Positions 41,963 through 59,935 of a DNA stretch of 64,000 nt are shown here, one piece after another. Numbering within the stretch: the stretch's first letter is position 1; the number at the start of each line of letters is the position of its first letter. Origin of the DNA: Amoeboaphelidium protococcarum X5 (taxonomy: Eukaryota; Fungi; Aphelidiomycota); the NCBI GenBank assembly GCA_023515725.1, contig JALDTO010000208.1, forward strand, positions 62,001 through 126,000, read 5' to 3'. A program made the position numbers and the translations under genes. The notes under the pieces were generated by a model, which saw only the letters and a list, made by a program, of their open reading frames with translations, was not told where the DNA came from and did not search any database.

Positions 41963-44900
41963 TCATTAATTGGATGCTTAAATGGAATCTTTCTAAAGAG
42001 GCGGTGATGCATCAACTACAAGTTAACACTGTCTGACAAATTACAGCTTCTCTTCCAATTGCAACAGAACTGCTTTGACATCTTGTTCTTCAGTCGCAAT
42101 TCTGTTCTACGGATTGTTGCCCATATAATCGAGAATCACATTAAGTTCATCTTGATATATTGTCAGCTACTAGAGTACATTATCGAAATCTCGCGCTACT
42201 TAACTAACCAGTTCCCCATTCACCAATACAACTTGTGCATGATCTTCTCTATCACGAACTGATTCCAAGTACCGTCTGACTTCAGATACAATAGACTACA
42301 CTTTGCTCTGATTCGAAGGATTAGTGCTGCTAGAAGGGCGGCCATACTACCGCTATAAGCCATGTTGCTCTTTCTATAAACTGTTCTAAGACGTCTTCGT
42401 TACACCTAAAGTAGGCAAAATACTGAGATTATCAGACGTGTTAGCTGAACTGGCTCCTCCTAAAGCTTTCATCACTCTTTCACCCAGCCACTTGGACGCT
42501 TCAGACGTTGGGCTTTTACTTGTGCGAGATTTGCGCAAGACTGAGTTTGTATAAACTTTCAACTTCTTCACGTCACGATCACTCAATAGTTTCTTCTATC
42601 GCCGCTTGGGAACTAGCAATGCTTAATCTAGTTGATGCGGAATTGAATGACCCAGATCCATATCAGTAAACTCAGGCTGAGGACAAGTATAGTGTTCAGT
42701 AATTGCAAATGATTTTTAGTTATCAAGGAATGGAGTAGCCTCCTACGACACTCGAAGCTTAGACCTGTTCAATTTAGCATTAATGCACTCGTCAAAGAGC
42801 ACAACATCATAATCGTTAGAATCCTCGCGTCTTCGCTCTTCTATAAACTAAGTGAATGCCTGAGTTTAGAATAAGCCTTACATGAATCCAGTACCATCAT
42901 CAAAGAATTAAGCCAGCATCCCCTACTGCTTATTGTAATCTTCAGGAGATTCGACGGACTAAATCACAGCTCTATAATCTTTTAGCACCGATGACCAACA
43001 GTGCACAAATGCCTCGTATATCTTATCTTCTTGAACGGCCACTTGACAATGACAATGATAGTCTTGGAGACACTTCTCATGAACGCATACGTGGCAATTA
43101 GTACAGACATAGACAGATGATTGAGTAGCAGTTTATTCAGACTGAGCATTGTTGCGATGCTTAAAATGAAGATACTCTAAACCTTTATAAATCTACCTCA
43201 AAGCGTTTGTGAATACAACAGTAGATCTTACTTCTAGAGAACAGTGTGCACAAACACCAGCCGGTAGAGATGACTGAGGCAGACTAATCATACTAGCACT
43301 AGGAGAACTATCGTGAAAAGCAACGAACAGTTACTTGAAACTGTGAGACAGCATTACAACATTACGGATGCTCGGATTGGCCTGATCTTTGGTGACATAA
43401 TGAATCTCTGGATACTACTTAATCTGGCAGATTTGATATCCAGGATGTTCCTATGATATTTTATGGACATTAACCAATACTCTGTCAACGGTCTCTTTAA
43501 ATGGTTCCAAAGCTCTGAAGGCTTCCACCTAATAACTGGATACGGGAGCCACTTATAAGCTGTCTGAATTAGAAGAGTTAGATCTAAACCAGCTGCTTAT
43601 GCTGGCAAAAGATGACGTCTTTTTACTTGCGGCACTTTATCGATCAGCAGCGTTCATGCTTACATGCTTCTACTTTCCAACCACTTCTAAATCAGATGCA
43701 ATGTGCTGTTATTATAACTAAGTCTCGGATGATCTCAAAATTTATGAGCCGGACATGGTTAGATCCAATTAAGACTACATGGTAGAAGAGGTTGTCAAGA
43801 TGGATACATTGTCAATGGATGAGGAGACAACAACCTGAAGCTGAGATTACTATCCAGATTGGCTCTACTCCACAGACTCTTCAGAAGATGACTACAATCG
43901 CTAAAAAGTGTCAACCATCTCAGTGTACAGAGATCCCTAAGATTCCAATTTACGTTCCATCGGTGAATTTGCCTTAACAGCATCAGACATGCTATGCGAG
44001 GACTGCTAGTCAGCCTAGAGTTCGGGCACTTTAGGCAATGTCTTCTCCATAGATATATGACGGCTATGACTTGGCACCATATCAGATCTTCTTTTGAAAA
44101 TAGATGAGCTGGACTACTAATTGGACACATTCTTCAAAGTGAATGGAATTTACAGTTTCTATGCCTAAACCGTGATGGACAGCTTATTATACTCTTTATA
44201 AAGTGACACTTTGACATTCTCAAGAACATTCTTCTGAATCTCTTGCCTATTTACATCACATGCATTCCAATCTGAATCTTACAAATAATTCACCCATTCT
44301 TCAGATGTTGGCTAATACTCAGTGTTAACAGCAAAATTCTTCTTCAACCTCAACAACAATTTCTATCGCTCCTTTCCAGGTAGAAATGGCGCATCTGGCT
44401 TTTCATCCACCAAACTCAGGATATTGTCACGGCTATTCGGAGCATAATAAGTCATAGAATGATCGTCAAGATCTACAATCAGCACATCACTGGGTGGCCT
44501 TTCTCTATTCAACAATTACGATTACACACCAATAATGTATGGTATAGGAGAGTGAATGTACTGAACAAGTTTTGCAGGTAACACCGGTACATATATGTGA
44601 TGCCAGTAAAATGGAAACATTAAGGATGTTATTAGTTCACACGCAGGAGTAAGAAGTTCTGCGTACTTTGACATGATCAGGACTTTACGCTCCATCGATA
44701 TAAACTCAAAGAGTCTAACCAGATTTTCCACTCCAATACTCGCAATCACAGGTATCGCTTTAAAATCTCTTATTGCTGGCAAGTAATTAGCTGGAGGACG
44801 CGAACACATCAAGCGCATATCACTCATAGTAAACGACACGTCTGTCTTGCCCAGTGGCGGAAGAGGAACATAATGCGACAGTTGAAGACAATAACTCTCG

Positions 44901-45679
44901 AACGCCGTTCTACTTCCAACAACCCGGTGATCGGTTATCGAAGCGTGTACATACCTGAGCCAATCCTTGAATAATCCAAAAAATGGCCAGCGACTTACAA
45001 TACCAAGACATCGCGGCACAAAAATTTGATCGACATCAATATACATTCCAATATAAGGTTCATATTGCCCCTTTAAAATCGAGAGCTTCTCTTTCAATAC
45101 CATCAAATCCTCTTAAGATGCTTCTTTCTTCTGTATTTCAACCTGCCTCAGCTTTGTTCGGACATGATTAACATACTCTAGATCAGTGTCGGACAGATGA
45201 TCTTTCTTCCACAGTTCAGCCTATTTCTAATAATTCTGACAGCAGCTGCCTGGCATTTAAGTAAGAGGCTCGTAGAAGGTCATACACATGGCATACTGCT
45301 TAGCGCCAATCTCATCAGTCATAACAAAGGAGTGATACTTATTTAAAGGAGCAGAGTCAACCAACTGCAAACCACCTTCCGGGAAGCAGAACATCCATGT
45401 GAATTAAGGTAGCCTCTTCGCAGCCGCTTTCCCCTCCGATGACGCAGATGATGAGCCAGACTGATGAAAGAATTGCAGCTAAGGCTAGTACTATACATTG
45501 AAGGGGTGTGCAGGTATGCTATCATTCTGTGCATGTGATAACTCTCTAGATCTATTGTTGTTGTTGTTGTTGATAGACAGTGAATCGTTTGAGCGGCGGA
45601 TTGTTTCACGCTGATCGAGCTGCCTCAAATCCTCTCCGAGAGAGTAACAGAATACTCCATCAATTAGATTCTCATCCAT
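41963..45679 (-). CDS. DENN-domain Rab GEF with Cys/His-rich (C1-like) segments
   Basis: FCFPEG, HSFVMTD..YAMCMTFYE, PRCLGIVSRWPFF, VPLPP, FPFYWHHIYVPVLP..SPIPYIIG, F(Q)TQAFT(Q)FI. 1238 aa, intronless. Confidence 0.9.
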
Positions 45680-45888
45680 GTAATCTGCCGTAAATATATC
45701 TAATTTTCAGACTTTTGGTATGTTATGTTATATTTGATTAGAGAGAAGTAGTAAAAAGATATCATTAATTATAGGACATGGTAGTGTCGTTGACTACGGA
45801 ACTTGATATCAGACAATCAAGATTTGTGGCACTAAAAATAACAAAAGTGGTTTTAACCAATGACAGGTTATTATATTCACAACAATTA

Positions 45889-46572
45889 TCAATGGTCTTC
45901 AAACGAATCACCTGGACAGTTTTAGTTCATATCATTCTAATTATCAAATGCGCAACCGCAGTATATGCAATAAAAATATCTTGTCCGTAGCTGCTCTGTA
46001 ATAGTTTTAAGTCGCGACTCTAGTTGATCGATCGACACGGTATCTTCATCGTTATCAGGTACTTAATCTATTTCGCCGTCTTTATTAGTCAAAGACTCAT
46101 ACACCTACTGAGCTTAGTCAACAAACTTTTACAGAGTCTTCAGCCGGGCCTGTGCCTGAGCTCGCCGCCTGACCATCTCTACTGATTAACTGGCATCTTG
46201 TTTACGCGGCATCTACCTTTTAGACAAAGAAGCATATTGAGGGCGTTCTTCCAATTTTGGCCTCTTGCATGCTGACACAGAAGCTTATAATTAAAGCTCT
46301 GAGATTTAATCAATCTACTCATTAGTGTCCTAATTTTTCTGATAGCCCAATTTTTGTAGCAGTTTAAATCCTTTATTCGATTCGTCCAACTTAGTTATCA
46401 ATCCATCCTCAAGATTCTTTCTTTTATTTAGGCTAACACGTTTTGCTGTGTTGCTCCCAGATTACGATTTGCGCTACCTTTCAGTCTCATGCATCTCACT
46501 GATAATCTGATCAATATTGTAGTAATCTTCATCCTCTTCTTACACCACTTTGTCATCTTGAGCGTGTTTCAT
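45889..46572 (-). CDS. GPATCH11: GPATCH11-like protein (partial G-patch + DUF4187 zinc motif)
   Basis: DEDYY, SNKGFKLLQKLGY and C-terminal LRTRYFYCIYCGCAF...CPGDSFEDH. 227 aa. Confidence 0.82.
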
Positions 46573-46647
46573 TTTCAAATTCTCGCGTTTTGATCACACT
46601 TTTGAGGTTAAAAAACAGATCAGCATCTATAGCATTAGAGCACTCAA

Positions 46648-47827
<1,180 letters not shown>

Positions 47828-47952
47828 TTATTGAAACATCGATTGCTGAGAGGTCATTGCGACAGTCTTATTCTCTTAGTTTTAGCTTTCGCCATTCCGA
47901 CACGCTCGACATTTTGTTTCGCAGTATCAAACACGTAGTATATACAGTATAT

Positions 47953-48343
47953 ATGAGCAGTCAGCAGTTGAGAATTAGTAGCGATCTGTACGACAAGACT
48001 GTGAAGGCATCTCATAGCTTGACCAACACTGTAAAGAGTTATGCCAATGATTCGTCTATCGGCTTATACCGCGTCCAGGAGCATATTCATAAGCGAACAC
48101 CTACTGCTGTCAGAGAAAGAGTAGGAATCACTTTCAATACTCCTTCAAAGTATTATTACTTTGAAAATTAAAGTTGTGTAGACTAAAGAAAAATAGTTTC
48201 AATAGAATGAACTGGACGTGGCTGTTGCGACAGCAACGGATAATTTAAACGATCTGAAAGCTTTAGCTGGGACGATTAAACAGCTTGAGTAAATGCATTA
48301 GAGACTTGATAATATTCACTCCTACGCGTCAAAAGTTAATTGA
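47953..48343 (+). CDS. BORCS8: BORC subunit 8-like (MEF2BNB)
   Basis: YANDSSIGLYRVQEHI matches the BORCS8 ANEPSxxLYRLQEHV motif; short coiled coil. Intron 48121-48181. Confidence 0.72.
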
Positions 48344-48507
48344 ATGTCTAATCAACATTGGTATATAAAATTTTTTTGTTAAATATTGACTGAACTTTCG
48401 ATAACAAGTGTTTTGAACTAAGTAGTATAGTTTTGAACGTTTGTGTGGCACAGTTTTCTATCTCTTTATAGTGCCATTTTATCAACTGACTTGAGATTTT
48501 ACGCACC

Positions 48508-49823
48508 ATGACTGTACATCCTAATGTATGTTTCTCTTAAAGCATCATGTAGTTGATTAACACTTTAATAACGAATGTAGTTGAGAAATTGCTTGGTCAT
48601 TGGAGGCTCTGGCTTTCTAGGCTAACATTTGGTGAATTCGCTCCTAGCTAAAGGCTCTCGTGTCACCATTTTGGACATTAGAGAGCCGCGTGGTATGCCT
48701 TAGCATGTACTTGAATCTGAAAAGCTGCTGGTGGTGACTGGAGATTTATCCAATTTTAATGTAAACTTTTACTTTTACTGCTTGCTGCATACTGTTATTT
48801 TTTAAGCATATTTGTAGTTGTTGCAACACACCATGACTGGTCATAGCACAGTGTTCCATGTCGCATCTCCACCGTACCATTTGAATGATCGTCAACTGTT
48901 TGAACGTGTCAACGTGGAAGGCACAAAGCTAGTGATCAAAGCGTGTCAACAGTCTGGTGCCAAGAGACTGATTTTGACTAGCAGCTGCAGTGTGGTCTAT
49001 GATGGTAAGGACATGAAGAATGCTGATGAAGAAACTCCGTTCCCTGCGACGTACCTGGATTGTTATACTCACACTAAGATGTAGTAGGAGAACTTGGTCA
49101 TTGAGGCTAATTCTGATACTCTGTAAACTATTGCCATCCGTCCGCATGGCATTTTCGGACCGAATGACTACACTGTCACTGAAATTGCCAACAAGTCTTT
49201 AGAGGGAAAGATGAAATTCTTGATTGGGTATTTACTTGCGTTGTCTCCATCCTGAGGTTCTTATACTGTCATCATCCTATTTGTGTGTAGAAATGGTTCT
49301 AATATAGTTGATTTCACGCATGTTGCAAATGTGGTTCATGGTCACATTCTAGCTGCCGAAGTTTTGGATGAGAATTCTCAATGCAGTGGTCAGGTAAGAT
49401 TGATACTACCCTTATAAGCTTATTTCACAATACATGGATAACGCGTTATTATTTTGTATCAATTTGTAGGTGTACAATATTACTAATGACGAGCCTGTGC
49501 ACTTTTGGATCTTTACCAAGACTGTGCTAACGCAACTTGGATTGGAGGCTCCATCTAATAAGTTGCCGTTTTCGGCAATCTACGCGATTGCTCTCATTCT
49601 GCAAGTATTATCACTGCTATTGTTAGTATTAAGCTTCGGCATGGTAAGATGGACTCCATTCTTGACGCCTTTTAAAGTTGCACTGGCTGGCACGCATCAC
49701 TACTACAACTGCGAGAAGGCTAAACGTGATTTGGGATATCGCCCAGTTGTCTCTGTAGAACAAGGCATCAAAGAGACTGTAGAGTATTTGAGACCGCGTT
49801 TGTAATTGAAACAAGTGAAATGA
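48508..49823 (+). CDS. NSDHL: Sterol-4-alpha-carboxylate 3-dehydrogenase (NSDHL/Erg26)
   Basis: VIGGSGFLG(Q)[62 protein letters not shown]. Introns 48526-48580, 48761-48817, 49228-49290 and 49394-49469. Confidence 0.92.
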
Positions 49824-50057
49824 TTTAATAAATATCATGTGCCGAGAGCTTTCAATATTCTATCTATTCTTAAATTCTCATCATTGCTTTGACTACAACC
49901 TCATACTTTCATTCTAAACTGTGTGTTTGAGAGTTGGTCGTACAGTCGCGCTCTTCTTATTCTTTGAAACGACGCGCGTCATTATTCTTGTTCCATCCAT
50001 TCATCCATTCCCTCCCATCAACATCATCAACAAGGAAATTAGCCAAGCCCAGTAGTA

Positions 50058-51664
50058 ATGGCTCAAGATCTGCGTTTATAACAACTATTGTCATAGTTGA
50101 ACTCTCTAGATACCACTCAAGTGGCTGATACCTTGTCCTAATTGAAGCTACTCATTAACAGTAAGACTATTTATTTGTTAAGAGATTCATACGTTTTAAC
50201 CTTTCTGTAATTTGTGTAGATGATCAGTCATTAAAGTCTTAGGCACGTAGTAAATAAAGTCTGACATCCTTGTTTCAATTGCTGCTTAATTCTGACGATG
50301 TGATCAAGAGTCTTAGCTGTGCTGTCCTGTAATTGCTTCTAGATGGTGTTCGTCTCTCGGAATTGCAATCTATTGAGCATAACATTCTGACCATGATCCT
50401 GGACGGTCTGTTTGTCGAGTCTGCTGTCATTCAGTCTCTCAGCTTGAATTTGTTGTAACAATATGCTAATCAAGTGGATGATACGCGTATTTTGCTGTAG
50501 CTGGGAGTTCCTCTGGTTATCAAGTTGCTAGATTCTATGAGTACTCTGTCTGTCCGTAACTGTTCGCTGTTGAATTCAGTATGCAGCTCTCTGTGTCAGT
50601 ACGCTGAAGGAGCAAGCGCCATTAAATCTGATGAAATAGTCAGCAAATTTAAAGGTATTGTTGAAAGTGACGATTCTATACTGGCCTTCAGAGCGTATGA
50701 GCTAATTGTCTAGTTGGCGGTGAAGCAGTCGTCTTTAATCAGTACGTTCAGTCAACATATTTAGTCTTTGATGTCGAAAGTTAATAATCAAGAGGATGTT
50801 TTGAGCCAACTGAATGCTTTGGAGGTATTGACTCAACTTTGTGCTTCTTCTGATGGAAAATAGATGATATAAGATTCTGGGATCGTTGATTAGGTGCTTC
50901 GTATTCTCTCACCTTAGAGTTAGCATTCAGCTAATGATCAGCTTATTTTGTCTAATGTTGTAAAGTTTGTTGGCAGGTATCTGCACGATAATTTTGCCAA
51001 AATGGTAGAGTATTAGCAGACAAATGGCTTTCTTACGTAGATTGCCAAATACATGAAATCTGATGATATTGAGTTGGTGGATTCATCTATTTACGCTGTG
51101 GGACTTTTGGGCTTTAGTGCAGAATCTTTGCAGTTATTGGAATAGTCTGGCCTCTGTAAGGATCTTATTAAATGCTACAATATCAGCGGTAAAGTAGAAC
51201 GGACTTTTGTACTTAGGGCATTAGCTAATATTTGGAGTTAATATGATTTTAATCCTCCCGCAGAGTTTAGTCAACTTTGTCATGAGAGATTGTATTTGAG
51301 AATTTAAAGTCAAAAGCATCCACTGTAAGAGTTTCAAGAGTATTTCTGCAATCCTGACGAATAGATTAGTTTTGCAGTGTGTTCTGCTCTGAAGGCCATG
51401 TCTATGCACGGATGGGGATTGCGAGAGTTTGCGCAGTACGACGCTGGTGGGTTCTTTGGGTACTTTTTACTGAAGAGGCTGGACAACTTGAGCTATGAGT
51501 AATAGGTATCCAAATGGGAGCTCGTTGAATGTGTCTTGAAATCAACTGAATATCACCGAGATATCGTCCCTTAGTCCATTGTTGCACAGTTGAGGCAGTA
51601 CATTAATCAAGGTCCGGTTTTTAAGACTGCCCAAGCCTCAGTTGCCTTTGAAGGGTCCAATTGA
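50058..51664 (+). CDS. PSMD5: 26S proteasome assembly chaperone PSMD5/Hsm3-like (ARM/HEAT repeats)
   Basis: FRAYEL, DVLSQLNALEVL and C-terminal LRQYINQGPV..ASVAFE, typical of PSMD5. Intron 50161-50219. Confidence 0.75.
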
Positions 51665-51772
51665 CAGATATATCTTAATCACTCAATGGTCTTAGGTAAT
51701 GATATTTTTAAGAAGCTGCGAAGGAAAAATATAATATTAAAAAGGAATGAATATGATTGCAATGAATTGGCA

Positions 51773-54244
51773 TCAAATTAAAGCACTATTGGAGCTTTCA
51801 CTTCTATCTCTGGTACTATGTGACTTTTCAGCCTGCTTGAACCACATCTCATGGTATAGACCAGTCGCTCCCATGGCCAGTAACTCTTCATGAGTACCTC
51901 GCTCTTTAATTTCACCATCTCTGATCACCAAGATCATGTCACTGTTAACAATGGTACTCAATCTGTGAGCTACAACCAGACAAGTTTTGTTCTATGACAT
52001 ATCATTAAGCACTTCCTGTATAGCCCGTTCGGTGTTGGTGTCCAGCGCACTTGTGGCTTCATCAAACACCAAGATGGGCGGATTCTTCAACAGAGTTCTA
52101 GCAATGGCCACACGCTGTAGTTCACCTCCACTAAGACGTAGACCTCTCTCACCAACCTTGGTCTCATATCGCTCAGGAAATGACGAGATTTTATCATGAA
52201 TTTGAGCATACGCAGCATTCTTCTCCACCAATTCATCTTCAGCATCAACGTTACCATACCTGATATTGTACTTGATGGTGTCGTTGAATAGCACAGTATC
52301 TTGAGGGACAACTCCGATTGCTTTGCGCAGAGATTTCTATGTAACGTGTCGTATATCTTGTCCATCAATAGTAATGCTTCCACCTTGAACATCGTAAAAC
52401 CTGAAAAGCAGCCGCAGTATAGTGGACTTTCCACCTCCACTCTAACCGACAAGAGCAACCGTTTATCCGGGAAGAACCTCAAAGCTAATACCTTTCAGCG
52501 ATGGAATTCCAGTGACTTTATTCGAGTCATAAGAGAAGTTGACATTATCAAACTTGATGTGGCCCTTGGTCACCGCTAATTCCACAGAGCCGGGAAGATC
52601 TTTCACCTCCGGATCCTCTTCAAATAGATCCAACATCTTTTCCATATCCACAAAGTTCTGATTTATGGCGCGATAGTACGAGCCAAACCAATTCAGAGGA
52701 CCATACAACTGCTGCAAATACGATATGAATAACACAAAATCTCCAACATTCAGTTCACCATCCGCAACGCGCTTAGCACACAACAGTCCACCGGCGAGGA
52801 GTCCCGCAGTAATCACAAAATTCTAGGACAGATTCAAGTATCGCAAGGACAATTGATTATCCCAATCCGCCTTCTAGTATTAAGTGATTCTATCAGAGTA
52901 CTAGGCAACTTCATAATCTTCATTTCCATAATATTTCACAGTCTCAAAATTGAGCAGAGAGTCTACAGCCTTGGCATTAGTGGCATTATCGAGCTCATTC
53001 TTTATACGGCGAAATTTTGTACGCCACTCTGTGATCTGTATAGTGACTATCAAATACAAAGCCATAGTGACAAATACAATTATACCAAAGTAGACGTCAA
53101 ATTGTATTACAAAGAAGACGACAGCGATCGCTATATCAACCAGCACCGGAAATATATTGAACCAGATATAAGATAGCAAAGTGGCAATAGCCTGAGTACC
53201 ACGATCCATGACACGTAATACTTCACCAGTCTTTCGATTAAGATGCCATTTGAGGGAGAGGGAATGTAGATGCTAGAACATGGATATAGATACTTCCTTG
53301 GTAGTGTATTATTCCACAGGGATCCACATGGTGGACTAGATTGTGTATGCCAAACCATTATTGCCTTATAAAAATTTTACCAGGACATGAATCAGAATAG
53401 GCCATACGGGAAGCTATATAGTCTCAGCGGACCCTGGTGTGAGAGCATCTACAATCACTTTATACGTCAACGGGACAATGACATTAAGTACGCGCTACAC
53501 AATGAGCATCACCACACAGCCAAATATGGCCATTTGAAGCCAGAAATGACCAGACGGCCACATAAAGGGAAGGAGCTTGCGCATTTTATTCATAAAATTG
53601 GAGAATGCTGACTTGTTGAGGGATTCGCTGTCAGCATTAACACCATTATCTTCTTCATTAACTGATTGATACTCACGATGCTTTGATATCTACATCTTTA
53701 ATTATCTTATCGACATATACATCTCGGCGATAACCCGGAACGAAACTAGTATAATATCTAAAGGAACCTTGTTCTTATATGGCAACGGATAATCACTTTA
53801 GTCATTATGAGATGATGATTGCCAAGATAAGCTACGCGCTCTATCATAGATTATTATTACATCGGTGGTCAGCGCAAGGATTAAAGGCAGCCATTAAATA
53901 ATGATCATACTGTAATATGTGGATCGTCGCTGTTCCAGTCGCTGAATTACAGTAATCACAATCCAGCTAATCAGTATCATCACATTTACCACAATGTAAT
54001 AAGAAACATTGTCTTGCGGTCTATAGGAGGAAATCAATATTATGAGAAGGAATAGCTAGTAAGCGGTAATGCAACATGATGTCCAATACAAAGAAGTACG
54101 AGTGTATGATATCTAGGTAGCCTAATATTTGATGTTATAAGTCAATACGATGCCGCACACAAGTAACAAGACTGATGACACCAGCAATTCCAAAAAGCAG
54201 AAACTAACTTATCCATTCGCCAACCTCACAGAATCGCAAAACAT
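51773..54244 (-). CDS. ABCB6: ABCB half-transporter ABCB6/HMT1 (with N-terminal TMD0)
   Basis: [41 protein letters not shown], Walker A G(Q)[27 protein letters not shown]. 823 aa. Confidence 0.92.
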
Positions 54245-54566
54245 TTAATATAAAGTATACTGTATGTACTTTGATATTTCTTTATATGAGAATTGTAATA
54301 TGATCAATCTTCAGGAGTGTGATAGGAATTTTGATAACTTGAGAAGATCAAGTCTAAATATATATTTTGAGCGAGAGATTGATTGAGCGACTTTAGCCGT
54401 TGATTCATTATGGGAACACACGAATCCATCCCAATTTGATTGAATCATTCAAAATTTTCAATAACGTACACATAAGTAATAGATAAATAAAAATTAGTAG
54501 TTTATTTTTCAATTCTTCAGTCTCACTTTCAATAAGCTCCATATATCAAGTTAGCAGTTGACGCGA

Positions 54567-55969
54567 TCAAGATTGTAATTATCTCGGCCACATCAGAGCC
54601 TCGTAACTTCTCTATGACAAGTTCAAGGCACGCTTAAGTGCATTCGCTATGAACTGCACAGACATTCCAACCTTGAGGACGTGATCATGCAGCTTAACCC
54701 AATCAAATAGCTTTGATTACTGAGCCTTTTGTAGTGACTCCAGACTGTTGACCGGCATATGTCTGAAGCAGCGGTCAGGAAAGCGCACATCACTGTTCTT
54801 GTAGATATACAGCGCGTTTTTAAACTATTGAGGTACACGCTCGGGATCAGTGGTCATATGAATCGCATTACCTAAATGTCCATAGTTAACAACATGATCA
54901 GCCGTTTAGTGATGTCCCAACCAATACACGGAGCAGAAATCATCAGTTACCACTCTAGAGTACTACCAACCACCAGCTTACATTGCATCCAGCATCCCTT
55001 CAAATGGAGATGACTTGTGGAAAGCGGGCGGTGTATTGAATGCAAACGCATGCTTGAACACGAACTCGTTCATAAAGTTCAGATCGAGGAGTGAAGTACG
55101 GATTGCGAATAACTGTGCATACACACCAGCAGCAGAAATACCTCCAGTTACAATTTTATCAGCCTTCGGATTCTTAGTAGCGCGATACTCTTGCAGGAAG
55201 CTCAAAACTTCCATCTCCATAGGTCATCAACCAGTGGATTGACAACCATGATCGGCTAACCATAGATATCGAATACTTTATCCTAACCATCTAAGGCGGA
55301 AACGTAGCTCATAGGGACAGCTTCAGAGTATGCCTCGGGGTCGGTCAAGAATGAGTTGATATGATTACCAAGTACCTTCGGGTCAGTATATGGACGGAAA
55401 ATAACAGCCAAAGTCTTTTCTTGCTCATTCTCGTATATGACAAGCCCATGAAGATTCCCAGATTGCCATTAATGAATCGGCTTCCAGTACTTCATGACGG
55501 GAGCCCACAATTTTGTGAAAATCTTCACATCCAGCGCGGTGCGAAAGTCTGGTTTACTCTCGTGTCTCACGGCATGCATCGCTATACCGATAGTCACAGT
55601 CATTCTCACCAGCATATCCAGTTGATTATCGACAGCGTCTGGAGCAATGACCGCATGCCACTGATTGTGCGGTCTCTTGACTCTCTTCTGATACTGGTAA
55701 GCTATCTGATGACGCCACTGCGGAGGGGAAAAACTCAGGGAAGATGCCAAAAATTTCCATAGTGACAGATCCAGGCTCTGAATTACCCCCAAATCAACAG
55801 CAGATTGGTCTCTTAGAGGCTAAAAGCGCTAACGCCATACACTTTAAGTGGAAATCTCTCTAGACATCTCCGCTACTTGATGAGGCTCGTTACGCGTTGG
55901 TTATGCCAAAACATAAGCAACCAGTGGGATATACAACGCCACCACGGCAATCCACTTATTAAATAGCAT
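54567..55969 (-). pseudogene. Secreted lipase-class-3-like alpha/beta hydrolase with a single frameshift (pseudogene or sequence error)
   Basis: Signal peptide from ATG 55969 and LAVIFRP. The frame closes at TGA near 55203, while the nucleophile-elbow-like KIVTGGISAAG and AFAFNTPP lie in another frame that has TGA TGA just upstream (about 55230). No TGTAG intron bridges the break. Confidence 0.55.
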
Positions 55970-56708
55970 CGTCTAAATGAAACGTATTAAGCCACGACAA
56001 TTACGCTGCGACTTGTATTACACAGTAAATGTCCCGATAAAATGCCGAACTCTCCAGTAGCTGTGCCACACACAGTTTCTCTCGTTCCTTACTGCATGAT
56101 CTAATCAGCCCCTGATCCTGCAACTCGCCCGCTTGTCGATGGACCAACAAAGTGCTTCTTAATCAAAATCTTCTTATCCTACAATTTGAAAGCATAATAA
56201 CAAGTTTTTCTAATTAATAGCAGAGTTAATTTTTTGGGTATCATTGGTAAAAGGGATGCCGATGCTAAATCAAAAAGTTACGCCGTGAGATTGATCAATG
56301 TCCTTCCTCCCCATGTTTCGTCTTACTATTATCCTAAATTATAACACAGTTTCATAATTATTGCATGATGTAGTTAAGTTTACAAAGTATTTTTTGAAAA
56401 ATTCTTCTTGAGAATCTACATCTTCACCATAAGGTTCAAATCACTGTACTGTATAACTTCGGCTTTACGGTAAATTGCCAATTGAAACGCGTCGTGTTCT
56501 GTTTCGTTGTCGGTCCGCCGGCAGTTCTTCCCGCTTTGAGCTTTTTACGGTTTTCTTCATTAAATTCCTCACCGTTCATCTCCACAGTAGTTGTCGTAGC
56601 ACCGCACATTTACCACATTTTTGTGGTAGTTAATTTCCGGTGACTGTATCATTTGCTAACTGTACTTGTAAATTAGATATTTTATTTCTTCTTTTTGGAA
56701 AAAAAAAT

Positions 56709-59138
<2,430 letters not shown>

Positions 59139-59351
59139 TATCGAGCGTGATTTTGGTTAGTATCTTGCAATTTGCTCATGATTATCATCAAAATTCCAAT
59201 ATATGATATTTCGTATGAAGTTTGCAGAGAAATCAACGGAGGATTAAGTAGCAGTAGCTCCCTTAAAGTTTCATTGACTCCCTTTTTTTATTTCTGTGCA
59301 CAAATCGAAATTTATTCTTTTTGCACTTTATCAATACAATTCCCGTGCATT

Positions 59352-59795
59352 ATGCCCAAAATTTTAACTAAGCGCAGTAAGCCACCACCTGCAGGATGGG
59401 ATTAGATTGAACCGCAGTTGGAAGAATTTGATCAGTAGATGCGGGAGATCGAGAGCTCTGGTCACCTCGGTCTTACAAAGGCGGAATCTCAATGGCCAAT
59501 ATTCAGATTGAATCACTAGCGAAGTCGATATCTGTACGAATTGTATTACAAGCGAAAGGCTATAAGTAAAGAGCTCTACGACTGGTGCCTCAAGCAGGGC
59601 CATGGCGATGCAGCTCTGATAGCGAAATGGAAAAAGCAAGGTTATGAGAAATTGTGCTGTACGCGATGTATACAGCCTAAAGACACAAACTACGGCTCCG
59701 TGTGTATATGTAGAGTGCCCAGTGACAAACTTCAAGAGTCTAATACGCGCGTGGAATGCTAACATTGCGGTTGTAAAGGTTGCAGTTCTGCTTGA
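59352..59795 (+). CDS. BUD31: Splicing factor Bud31/G10
   Basis: MPKI..PPAGWD(Q)[11 protein letters not shown](Q)[29 protein letters not shown](Q)HCGCKGCSS. 147 aa. Confidence 0.96.
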
Positions 59796-59935
59796 TACTG
59801 CTCTGATTTAAAATGATGTCTTATTGTGGCCATTAAATCTTATTTTTAAATATGCTACTACTATGTTTCATTCAATTTTTCATTATGCAAGTGTAATTTA
59901 TAACAATTCATCCTTATATGCACGCAACCGGCAAA

